A stretch of 64,000 nt of DNA from Batkoa obscura (lineage: Eukaryota), in the NCBI GenBank assembly GCA_030770535.1, contig JASVEC010000020.1, positions 124,001 through 188,000 on the forward strand. The letters run 5' to 3'. Shown in pieces: positions 1 to 12,736 of this stretch (positions are counted from its first letter, which is position 1; each line of letters starts with the position of its first letter). The translations under genes and the position numbers were made by a program. A model generated the notes under the pieces. It searched no databases. It had not been told where the DNA came from and worked only from the letters and a program-made list of their open reading frames with translations.

Positions 1-8
1 GAACAATT

Positions 9-107
9 GAGAGTGTTTTTTTTGACTTCATTATTTTTTCCATTTTTTAAGTGCCATTTAAGCCGAAAATTTGTTAGTAAAATTATTAAATACAAAAATA
101 CATCCCC
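9..107 (+). mobile_element. ~98-bp MITE copy (strand is an arbitrary family orientation)
   Basis: Matches family consensus GGGAGTGTTTTTTTTGACTTCATT...AAATACATCCCC; flanks AATT/ATTG (imperfect TSD). Confidence 0.85.
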
Positions 108-394
108 ATTGGTAAAAATCACTCTCCCATATGTTAAATTATAAAATTAAATTGAAATAATAATTCAATTAATCTTTTTGTATCATTTTTTTGAGTCTTC
201 TATTATTACTAGAGGCTATACCTATATAACGATATTAATAAAGTAAAATATCCTATATTAATGACAAAATAATAAAGAATAATAGTAAAGAATATAAAAG
301 AATAACTCCTGATTTTTATTCAATTTTAATCAAAATAAATAAATACATATAAATAAAATATCCAGCAATCGATATCTACAAGAATATTAAAATC

Positions 395-1547
395 TTAAAT
401 TCTAATTAAAGAATTGGCCATTTTTTCTCTCCATTCACAAATATCAGAAAATTGACAATTACCACATTTATAACTTGCTTCTTCAATATCAGTAACACCA
501 GTTGGACTTCTCTTTTTAAACAAATAATTAAAAGTATCTTGAATTTTAGTTTCTGTTAAATTACTATCAAATTGAAACTCTATTTCTCCAATACTTTTAT
601 TACTACTTTGTTCTTCATATTTGATTGTTAATAAATTAGAAGTTATTGGTAACTTGGCGAAATAACTTAACATTATTAAAAATAGTTGCTTTAATGTTAT
701 TGTTTCAAGTATTTGGGTATCCTTAAATATTAATTTAGCTATGTCGTTTTTGATCAATTTGTTAATAAAAATTTTGGATAGTACTGAATCTTGGTTGCAA
801 TTTTTGAATTTAAAATAACTATCAACGTCAAAAAAGAAAGTATCTTTGGCATCTTCACTATTAACATCATTATCATTATGTCCTTTATTTTCATTCATGT
901 TCATCATTTGTTTACTGTATTCTATCATTTTATCTAACATTCTTTTATAAATCATTAATTGATATTTATGGTTTCTACTTTGGCCTTCCTTTGGTAATTT
1001 TAAACTATACCTTGTCTTAGTCTCAAATATTTTAATACCAACTTTTTCTTTTTCTATTACATCGATAACCCCAACAATAAACTTTATTTTTTCACTATCA
1101 CCCTTTCTTATAAACCCATATATCGGCAATTCTCTACAAATTTCTATTTCATTAAAACAATTAGTGTAATTTTATAATTTTTTATACAGTAAATTTACTT
1201 TTATCTAACAAAGTTTGAATCCTAAGGATACAATCGACTAATTTAAGCGCTTCTCTATCTACATAACTATCTGCTTCAATCGGTAAAACATCATGAATTT
1301 TCAATTCTAATTCCAAATGTCTTTTACTTCCCTCTTCCATTATTTTATTTGGTTTTGGTTTTCCATATAAATTAATATAATTATGTTGACATTCACACCA
1401 TTCTATTTGTACTAAATTAGTAACCGATAATCGATTTTGTCTAATTTGTTTTCGTTTATTCTTATTTTCAATTTCTTGAATAACTTTTAATAATCCTTCA
1501 TCTATACTATCATCACTAATGTATTCAATTTCATTATTATTGTTCAT
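395..1547 (-). CDS. EXO5: Exonuclease V (EXO5/DEM1), 2 exons
   Basis: LSVTNLVQIEWCE, G-x2-RH-x2-LE, CRELPIYG, GVID, ETKTR, QLMIY and C-terminal CxxC-x5-C Fe-S ligands; intron 1144-1198 (GT..AG) joins the two ORFs in frame. Confidence 0.88.
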
Positions 1548-1771
1548 TATCTCAAATTTTAGTTTTAAAAAAGCTAAAGAATAGGAATTACAATTATCTT
1601 TGACATTTACTAAATTTAAAATTTTCTTAATAAATTCAAATCTCCCATAAAAGTGTACAATTTAGGATCAAAACTAAACCAGCTTACGTTATCTGTCAAT
1701 AAACCTATAAAAGCTATCCAACCCAATTTATAAAGATAAAGTTTCTCAAACTTAAATAACATCTAGCAAAA

Positions 1772-2218
1772 ATGGAACAAACTTATATCATGGTCAAACC
1801 CGATGGTGTCCAACGTGGTCTCGTTGGTGAAATCATTAAACGTTTTGAAAACCGTGGTTTTCAATTATTAGCTCTTCAATTATTGACCCCAACCCGTCAA
1901 CATTTAGAAAATCACTATTCTGATTTATCTTCCAAGCCATTCTTCCCATCTTTAATTGACTATATGCTTAGTGGCCCAGTTGTTGGTATGGTTTGGTCCG
2001 GTAAAAACGTTGTTAAGACCGGTCGTGTCATGTTAGGTGAAACTAACCCATTAGCTTCTGCCCCAGGTACCATCCGTGGTGATTATGCTATTGATGTAGG
2101 AAGAAACATTTGCCATGGTTCTGACTCTGTCGAATCTGCCCAAAAAGAAATTGCTCTCTGGTTTCCCAATGGTGTTGCCAGCTATCAATCTCCATTGGCC
2201 AAGCTCGTCTACGAGTAA
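1772..2218 (+). CDS. NDK1: Nucleoside diphosphate kinase
   Basis: [28 protein letters not shown] with catalytic His; intronless. Confidence 0.98.
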   Translation: MEQTYIMVKPDGVQRGLVGEIIKRFENRGFQLLALQLLTPTRQHLENHYSDLSSKPFFPSLIDYMLSGPVVGMVWSGKNVVKTGRVMLGETNPLASAPGTIRGDYAIDVGRNICHGSDSVESAQKEIALWFPNGVASYQSPLAKLVYE

Positions 2219-2588
2219 ACTTTAATAAAGTTTATATTTGTATAATTTAAAAACATCAAGACTTTAAAATTGTTATTTATATTACTTTAATTCCCTTTTA
2301 TACTTTTTCTCCTAATGGATTTTTTGATTATGAAAGGATAATCTGGGATCCTATTAAACATTATAATATACATGAGGGTGTCTTTGTTTTGATGTTTGAC
2401 TAATAGTTTTTTCAGAGTTTATATATGAAAATTACCATATAAATAAGCCCAAAAAAGATATTTATTAAATTATAGATCTTATTTAAAATAATATAAACAT
2501 AAAGAATAAATAAATATAACATTTTAAAAAAAAAGAGTACAATAATTTCTATTATAATAATATTTTTACTAAACATATCAATTCTGAT

Positions 2589-4409
<1,821 letters not shown>

Positions 4410-5057
4410 TTTTTTGTTAAGTGGATTAAAAATGGATCTGTGTTTTTTTTGAATTTTTTTATTTTGTTTTTGAGTTTTTGAGTTTTTGATTATGCAAAAG
4501 AATTTTGGATTTTAAATGTTTTTAAAATTGGTTTAGTTAGGTAAATTATAAATATAATTTTTATCAAGAAATTAGAATTAAAATTAAAGATGTCAACAAA
4601 AGTTTAACATACTGTTTTTTTGTAAATAAAATATTTACTTCTGTAGTTAAATAGATGATATGTGCTACTGGGCTATAACTTATTTATAATTAATAGAAAG
4701 CATAATACAATAAATCTCGCTATAAAACCTTAATTTGAATTATTATTAGATAAGTAATTATTTAATGTATTATATAAAATAGTAGTGATATATATTTTAT
4801 TTCAAAATAGTATTTTATCATATTAGACAAAAACAAATTATTTTAATAATCTAAATAACAAAATAAAACGTTAAGTAAAATTAGTTATACTAAAAAACAT
4901 AAAATTTGATTTAAAAATTTTTAATAAAAAAATCTTGTTGATTAAGAGGTAAATCTAATAAATTTTAAAACTAAATAAAAACATTGACCTTAATTATATA
5001 TAAACATTAAACATAATATTAAATTACCTATCCTAAGCTTTTATTGTAAGCTCCAAT

Positions 5058-5965
5058 TTAACCAATAATGAGTTTACCCTCAGCATCATTGAAATTATAT
5101 TCTGGAATTTCTAAATTTAATGGGGCAGGACCTTGACGAATACGTCCAGAAATATCATAATGAGAACCATGACAAGGGCAATACCATCCACCAAAATCAC
5201 CAGCTTCACCTAATGGCACACATCCTAAATGAGTACAGATACCTAACATAACTAACCATTCTGGACGTTTAGCACGATCAGCATCCGATTGAGGATCACG
5301 TAAAGTAGAGACATCAATATTGTTAGCATCTTCAATTTCATCAGCAGTACGATGACGAATGAAGACTGGTTTACCACGCCATTTAATTACTAAATTTTTA
5401 CCTTCTGGGATAGCGTTCATGTCAATTTCAACTTTAGCTAAAGCCAACACATCAGCTGAAGCAGCCATATTTGCTAAGAAATCTTGAACAGTATTTTTAG
5501 CAGCAGCAGCAGCTAATACACCAGTACTTCCTACCATAAAATAGCTAAAGGTACGGTTAGCAAAGTCTCCAGAGAAATTACGATAATCATCAAAGTTAGG
5601 GATTTTAGTAGTATCTTGAGCAACAACTGGGGCGGTAGAAAATAGTCTTCTTTGGTTGACAAAGTTAGCGGAAGCTAAAAAAAATTGAAATTAATATTTT
5701 TGTTTATAATTTTTATCTTCATTTTCTTATTTTTAATTATTGTAATGTAGTGAAATGTACCAGTATAATATTTGTTGACTACATCTCCATTGGTATTTGT
5801 AGAGTTGTTATAACCCCACTCCTTAGCATTTAATGAAGTTTTACCTAAACTTGGAACTACTTGTGTCGCCTTTTTAGACCAAGCACTTTTGGTTAATGGA
5901 GAAGTATGAACAGTGCTGTTAACCAGGTTGGTAGAAAGCTTTGAAAATAATGAGTTGGCAGTCAT
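5058..5965 (-). CDS. RIP1: Cytochrome bc1 Rieske iron-sulfur protein, 2 exons
   Basis: CTHLGC and CPCHGS Rieske motifs, GPAPLNL; N-terminal targeting exon; intron 5675-5760. Confidence 0.97.
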
Positions 5966-6137
5966 TTTATGGCTTTAATTTTCTTTAATGAACTATTAAT
6001 TTATTGACATTGAATATTATAATATTTAATTTACTTTTAATTACTTTGAACTAAAGTTTCGATGCTAAAATTAATTAGATTATCTTTGATTGCTATCTTT
6101 TAGGATTGAACGAATGTTAAATTTAAAGTCAATGTTG

Positions 6138-6293
6138 ATTGGCTGATTAAATCAGCTCCATTTTTTTGATTTTAAAAATTGATTTGATTAAATCTAAAAA
6201 ATCATCATGGAATTTCGATACTCCAATCAGAGCCAATAAAATAGCTATAACGCTCTATTGTCTACCAATCATATCGGTAGGGTTTAATATAAA
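6138..6293. promoter_or_regulatory. CCAAT-box cluster plus TATA-like box upstream of RIP1
   Basis: ATTGG 6138, CCAAT 6223, 6233, 6265; TATAAA 6288 on + strand. Confidence 0.45.
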
Positions 6294-6456
6294 GGCGGAT
6301 GGAATAAGCATAGACTAATTATGGGATTATCTTGTCAAAGAGTAATAGAAAAGTATTATTATCCATATAGTATATATTTGATATAATATTACATTTATTT
6401 TTAAAAACAAAATTCTCATTTGTATAATATATTTAAATGGTTCATAATTACTATTT

Positions 6457-6636
6457 TGGTTTAGAAGATTTTTTCATGCTTTAGACAAATCAAGGACTCT
6501 ATGTCTTAGTATTAAAGATGTTTATTATTCAACGTTTTGAACCAAACAGACATTTTTTTACTTAATTCTCAATGAAAATATTTATCTTTTAAATAGCCTA
6601 AAAAGTGAACAAAATAGTTTGATGAGAATCACATTC
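6457..6636 (+). ncRNA. Candidate box H/ACA snoRNA (possibly part of a cluster 6298-6832)
   Basis: Hairpin TTGGTTTAGAA/TTTTGAACCAA (6457-6545), second hairpin ATTCTCA/TGAGAAT (6565-6629) followed by ACA at 6631; H box imperfect; AT-rich DNA can mimic this. Confidence 0.3.
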
Positions 6637-6992
6637 CTGTATGAGGCTCTATATCAAAGCAAAGCGGGTAATGGTTTGAATTTTTCTCTTTAGCCATAAA
6701 TGACTATGCCTATGTTATTTATTTGGGATTTAGTATTTTTATGTTAAGAAACTTCAATAACCAATATATATTACGCCAAAAAAACTCTATGCTAAAGCTA
6801 AGTTAAAAAGTTGCTCAAATGCATTAAAAACATGACGTTAGCAAAATTTATCAATGACTCTACTTTCGGCATTAATATGATAAAAGTATTTAATGACTAT
6901 AACATCTATAAAAAATCAATATCTGAAAAATTACCAACTTAAAATAGTCAATTCCATATTAACTTCTTTTTTACTTTATATTCTTAAAAAAA

Positions 6993-7438
6993 TTATTGGG
7001 CATCTTTACGAGAAGAAACATATTTAATAGCGTCTTGAACGGATCTAATTTCATCAGCATCATGGTCTGGAATTTCAATAGAAAACTCCTCTTCAATAGC
7101 CATAACAACTTCAACATTATCTAAACTATCTAATTTAAGATCTTTAGTGAAATGAGCTTCAGGTGTAATCTAAAAAATTCATATTAATTTTTACAGTAAA
7201 AAAAGATGAAATAATAACTTACATTTTTAGCATCGATCTTTTCATAACTTTCTAATACTTTAAAAATACGACTCTGGATATCGTTAGTGCTTAAACCAGC
7301 ATCAGTACTATAAGCTCTTAAACTAACTGGAGCTAATTTTGTTGGATTATAAACTTTAAAGCTAGCTCTGTTTAAATTGGCTACTTTAGTTACGTTAATT
7401 CTTTGACTAATAGCTTTGAGTGAACGTACAAATGACAT
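6993..7438 (-). CDS. ACP1: Mitochondrial acyl carrier protein, 2 exons
   Basis: Basic presequence, [26 protein letters not shown] with phosphopantetheine Ser; intron 7170-7222. Confidence 0.95.
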
Positions 7439-7686
7439 TTTAATTTTAGTATTTTATAAAAATTAAACTTTTATTTGAAATCCTTGATCGATGTTATAGC
7501 TCTTAGTTGCTGTGTTAACCAATAATCGTTGCCAATTATATTTTAAAATTATTCACCATTTGTTAAAGATGATCAAATCAAATCGTAGAATTGAATCTAT
7601 GGGATTTTCTCAAAAAGTACAACCAAAAGCCTAAAACAAACTAATGACATCACGCGATGTAATGGTTTTACAGTATTTTATTGAAA

Positions 7687-7923
7687 ATGTTGTGTAAAAG
7701 GTGTCATATCGAATACAAACAAGAAGAAAACAAACCCGATTCTTGCCAGTTTCATAGTGACTTATTTGTTTGTAGGCCCCATCCTGCCAACCATTATGTA
7801 TATGAAATTGATGATAGTAAGTTAGATGAAATGAAGGATTGGGAAGCTAAATTTTGGGATTGTTGTGGTAGAGAAGACGAATATGCTGAAGGTTGTAAAA
7901 CTTCGTTTCATGTTCCTTATTAG
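7687..7923 (+). CDS. Small (78 aa) Cys/His-rich putative zinc-binding protein, CHORD/Btk-motif-like
   Basis: CxxC-x13-CxxH ... WDCCG-x7-GC-x4-H spacing; ATG at 7687; divergent from ACP1. Confidence 0.8.
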   Translation: MLCKRCHIEYKQEENKPDSCQFHSDLFVCRPHPANHYVYEIDDSKLDEMKDWEAKFWDCCGREDEYAEGCKTSFHVPY

Positions 7924-8400
7924 TGATCTTTGGCTATCTGTATGCTTTTAGTACTTATTAATTATTTACTTTTTAATGCTTTTTATCAAATTGTTAATAT
8001 TTTAAATAAATCTTTTTCGGTTATCTTCATTTTTATTAACTGCTATATATCATGCTATAAAATGACACTGTATTAGATTCTACTCTATTTTGCCTAAATT
8101 GCTAGAAGCTATGCTTAGAATTTAAATGAGTTTAAAACTTTATAGCATACATTAAGCATCTTTATCTTTATAGGCTTAATTTTAAATTAACTTCAAATTT
8201 TCAGTAGTATAGCTTTTGTTATGTAAAAGGTATTATAAATTTTTAGTATTTTTATTTTCAATAAGTAACTATGTCTATAACTTTGATAATTTATCTTTTT
8301 AGACTTAAAATTTAAATCTAGTTTCAGCCTATTAAAACTATAAAAACTAAGAACAAAGAGTATAAAAGCATCTTTTTTAAACAAATTTTAATCTAGTAAA

Positions 8401-9543
8401 ATGAGCCTTGCTATTAACAAAAAAGAAAAAGAGAATGAAATACCTAAAATACCCATAGAAAGTTACAATGATATCAATTATATCCTTGGTAATTTACACC
8501 GGAAAACAATTGAGTTAGTAAAAGAAGAATTACCAGACGCGAAAGAAAATGATCTGGATTATGGGGTTAGTTGTAAACTATTAAAAAAGGTGAGTCAAAT
8601 AAAAGCCAAAATAATTTTAAGTTAATGACGATGTACTGTAGTGGATATCAGCAGTAATAGAGTCATGCGGTAAAAACGTATTAGTAAACGGTATGGAATT
8701 CGATAGAAATAAGATTGGAGCGGACAGTAATATTTTCTTACAATTTTTGAATATTAACTTTAATCTACTTTAGGGTATGAACCATTTGATGAAGAGCTTC
8801 AAAATGAAGTCGAAAGACTACAATTTAAAAGGGACATGCTGTTAGCTAAAGTTTGTTCTAAACGTAAAAGCATTTCTCAACAGTTTGAACAGAATGTTAA
8901 GAAATTGTTGACATTGGAGGTTAAAGAAGTTCGTGAGTTAAATCCTTTAGAAGCTTTGCCTGAAATTAAAAATATACCTTCAATAAAAGGCTTAGATCAA
9001 ATGAGTATTGTTTATATTATTGTTGATACTCATTATTTATTTTTAATTATAGCACCTATTGTAATAAATGAACGAACTAAAGAAACGATTAAAAAGATAA
9101 GAGTTAAAATGGAAAAGCTGTATGAGGTAAATAAATTATAATAACATTTTACATAATATAAACCTTCTTAAAAGAACATACCAGAAACAAAAAGGAATTT
9201 AGCAGATACAGTACAAACCCTTAAAGATATACGACATAGCAATGAGCTACGTAAGCGTATGGAAAACTATTCACAGCTTGAACCGGAAGAATTAAGAGAA
9301 TATTACAATCCAAAGGCCGATATCGTTACTTTTGAAGACCCTTATATGGACATTGAAGCAATCGATTTTAAAAAAATGCAGGATTTGGAAGAAACTAAAA
9401 TGGAGGTTACTGGTTCTGTAGCCCCTACCCTTTCAACTCGCTACCTTCATAAGCTAAATACTAGGTTAAGGAGACGAAGTCTGTCATTTAGTGGTATAAA
9501 TATCGATACTGATCCTGAAACTAAAGAAGATAGCAATCAATAA
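8401..9543 (+). CDS. Kinetochore Mis12-complex subunit Nsl1/Mis14-like, 5 exons
   Basis: Spliced product has KIPIES..DI, NVLVNG, YEPFDEEL and a coiled coil typical of Mis14/Nsl1; introns ~8590-8641, ~8727-8773, 9005-9052, 9127-9174. Confidence 0.65.
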
Positions 9544-10028
9544 GTAAGAATTACTTCTATTTATTTTAAATAAACTACAAATATATTTAATAATATGTAA
9601 AAACTATTTTCAGTCTTGATCTTTGAAAAGGTATATAGTAAAATACACTATCAACAATCAAAATAATCGAATTTCACTTATCTGGCCCTGTAATTTAAGT
9701 TACGTAGCTAGTATATTAATGTGGAAAAAAAGACCAATATAAGTATTCCTTGATATTAAACCAATTATTCAAACCCTTTTTATGACAATTAGTAGTTACA
9801 ATAAACGTTATAAACACTTGTTTTAAATAACTCTACTGATATAGTTAAAAAAACCAACATAACGCATGATACTAATATCAAACTGCTCAAAAAATAGGAA
9901 ATACTTTCAAAAAACCATTTCTATATTATTTTTAAAATAAACGTCTTTATGACTACTTTCTAAATTTAATTTTTACAAAGGCTAGAAATCCACTTTACAA
10001 ATCCACTTTATAAATATTAAATCATCCT

Positions 10029-11114
10029 TTATTGTCCTTGAGCTGGAGCAACTTCCTCATTGTTGGTTAACTCTGCAAATTCGGAAGCATGATTTTGGAC
10101 CTTATTATCAATTAAATTATGTAAAGCAATAATTGAGCGAACCAAAGAAGCAAGGTATATCAATAAAGCATGGTCATTTGTTTTTCTAGTAATAGAAGTA
10201 GCGATTGCACCAAGGTCGATATTTGGAAGCAAAGAAAAAATAGTTTGTAAATTAGTTAATATTGCTTGATTTGGTGGAAGTGCACCTTCTTCGACCCTTT
10301 TAATATAATTACTGATCTCTGTTAATCGATTGTGAAGTCCTTGCAAAGAACGCACTTGTCCAGTAAGTCGAGTTGAAAGGGATCCTACTGCATTATCTTT
10401 AATATCACGTAGAAGGTGTTCTACACCTATTTCCTCTGCTTCTTCTGCACCGATTGATGAAGGGATATGAGTAAATGTTTTACTGGCTGATTTTCCATCC
10501 TAAAATTGTCAAAATTAAAAAGAAAGTATCAAGTAAAAGCTTACTTGCAAAATTTCTTCGACCGAAAAATAGGCATTAATGGGTATAGTTGCAGTAGTAG
10601 GCTTTACATCAACAATGATTAATACTGGATTACTCGTGTAGCGTTTAAATAAATCATTTATCATCAAATCAGAAGAACGAAGTTTGGGTCCAGTATGATA
10701 CCACCCAATCATTTTTTCTTTAGCTATAAAATATTTAGGAAAAACATCTAACGGTTGATACTTAATAAATTACCATTAACTTTTCTAAACATAGCATCCA
10801 TATTTTCTACATAATTATGGTCCAAAAACCAAACTGAAGGATCTTTTTCATCCTCTTCAAATGGAACTAATTTAAAAAATAAATAAATCATAGCAATAAA
10901 ATACTCTTTTTGATTTACCAGCGAATGAATTAGCTACATTTACTTGACCACCGTCAAACTGTCCTAATAAAATTCCAACCACTCTTTTGCGAGTGTTTTT
11001 AGCAGAGCGGTTGTAATGATCTACTACTGAAAGCAATACTAATGGATGAACAATGACCTCCGTTGGTGTTGGCGCGCTTATATTTAATAATCCAATTTCA
11101 CGATTTTCTCCCAT
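10029..11114 (-). CDS. RPN8: 26S proteasome regulatory subunit Rpn8 (MPN domain), 4 exons
   Basis: [62 protein letters not shown]. Confidence 0.96.
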
Positions 11115-11293
11115 TTTATTGTACAACTAAAAAACAATCTTTGTAAATATCTAGTTTAATAAGCTGATACACTATAAACTCAATGTTAAGCTGTGGTTGG
11201 TTAAATATAGCCTTATAGCCAATAACATTAAAAATTGCTTTTAGGATGACGTTTTAGAAATTTCTTATAATCAGTGACGAATAGAGACTAAGC

Positions 11294-11332
11294 ATCCCAC
11301 AATGAAAATTTGCACACAAAGTTACTATTTAA
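11294..11332 (+). promoter_or_regulatory. Putative external Pol III (type 3) promoter: USE/PSE-like box plus TATA
   Basis: ATCCCACAATG at 11294-11304 and TATTTAA at 11326-11332, about -64 and -32 from the P1 start of the RNase P RNA. Confidence 0.4.
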
Positions 11333-11357
11333 GGCAAGCACTCTCTTATTAAACTTT

Positions 11358-11644
11358 GAGTCACTTAAAAGCTTACATGTTTGGGTATACTAGATCAGGA
11401 TTTAGTCCTGCAATTAAGTCCCAAGGGAAGGTCTGAGAAAAGCCGCCAATTATAACTTGTTATATTTGGACTCTCGAGAGGAGACAGTGTTATTAACATA
11501 ACCTTGTGCAAAAAGTAAGCTGCTTGCGAGTTGAAACGATGTACAAGGGGCAATGCTTTAACGCATTTAGTGTAATTTGTAAGGCAACTGATAAGCTTAT
11601 CCTTATCGGTTGTAACTCAATTCAGACTACTCTTTGAGTGACTC
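11358..11644 (+). ncRNA. RPR1: Nuclear RNase P RNA
   Basis: P1 GAGTCACTTAAA/TTTGAGTGACTC; P2 CTTACA(11372)/TGTAAG(11578); CR-I GGGAAGGTCTGAG 11425-11437; CR-IV AGTGTAAT 11569; P19 hairpin 11584-11613; CR-V ACTCAATTCAGACTACT 11615-11631 pairs with CR-I to form P4. Confidence 0.93.
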
Positions 11645-11680
11645 CATAATAATATTTACAGAAATTTTGACTTTATTGGC

Positions 11681-11686
11681 TTTTTT
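11681..11686 (+). terminator. Oligo-T candidate Pol III terminator
   Basis: T6 run 36 nt after the RNase P RNA 3' end. Confidence 0.4.
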
Positions 11687-12256
11687 ATACAACTTGCTTT
11701 TTTATTTTATAAATGGTGTAACATTTACATCTGGTCTTAAATTTTCTTTCACTTACAATTATTTTAAAATCATGAGTTAAATATAAATGCTACAAAAACA
11801 ACTGTTTATTTAATCGATATCAGGCTAATCCATATTGGATGACACTTTTTTCATTTTTCTATCCACTTTTGACATAGTGTAAACTAAGAAGCATTATTAA
11901 TGAAATATTGTAACAAACATTTATAGTGTAAATTACAGATTCAAACTAAAATATAGAATTCTATTTTATTTTGGCCAAGTTTTTAACTTAAATAGAGCTT
12001 GCTATCCCATGATCATTAGATTAGTTTTGTAGCTTAGCTTTAAGTATAAAGTAGCAATACAGTATCTTTAAGTTTCATAAGATAATCCTTATTAGCAATT
12101 CATGAATATAGTTAATATTTGAATTCAATGATGTTTTGAAACTTTATACTAGATATTTTAAAAAATGTATATTAAGTCAGAGAGTTCAAATTAAGCAATT
12201 TTTAGAGTTTCTGAATTTGATAAAACTATGTTAGGTTTTAGTTCTTACAAGGATAT

Positions 12257-12355
12257 GGGGATGTATTTTTGTATTTAAGAATTTTACTAACGAATTTTCC
12301 GCTTAAATAGTGCTTAAAAAATGGAAAAAACAATGAAGTCAAAAAAAACACTCCC
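12257..12355 (-). mobile_element. MITE copy
   Basis: Full length, TSD ATAT/ATAT. Confidence 0.92.
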
Positions 12356-12681
12356 ATATATTGGTTATTTAAGGTTATTTTATAACAGTGAAATAACTTT
12401 ATGGTATCAGTTTGGAATTATTTTGTTGCAATAACAAAAACAAAAAGGTACATAAAGGAATTGAAATAACGATAATGAAGATTGGAAAACCGATATATTT
12501 TATTACAGTATATTACTGAGTAATGCTAAATCAATGAAATTGAATTTTTTACTATTTGTATTGGGACCTTCTTTATTGATTAATGGGATCCCTACTCCTA
12601 AAGCAAATATAACTCAGCCTGAAAAAATTCTAAGCAATATCAGTAAGCTAGAGGAAACAAGGTTTAAAGAGAAAAAGCAGG

Positions 12682-12736
12682 AAAAAGAAATTAAAAAGAA
12701 ATTAAAAAGAAATTAAAAAGAAATTAAAAAGAAATT
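12682..12736 (+). repeat. Tandem repeat (AAAAAGAAATT)x5 inside the S41 pseudogene
   Basis: Five perfect 11-bp units. Confidence 0.95.

Noticed and set aside
6620..6680. U17/snR30 or box C/D snoRNA
   Set aside because: The m1-like ACATTCCTG and m2-like AAACCAT lie on opposite strands; TGATGA has no matching downstream CTGA
11358..11644. RNase MRP RNA
   Set aside because: The P4 strands are GGUCUGA/UUCAGAC (RNase P type), not GUCCCC/GGGGCU
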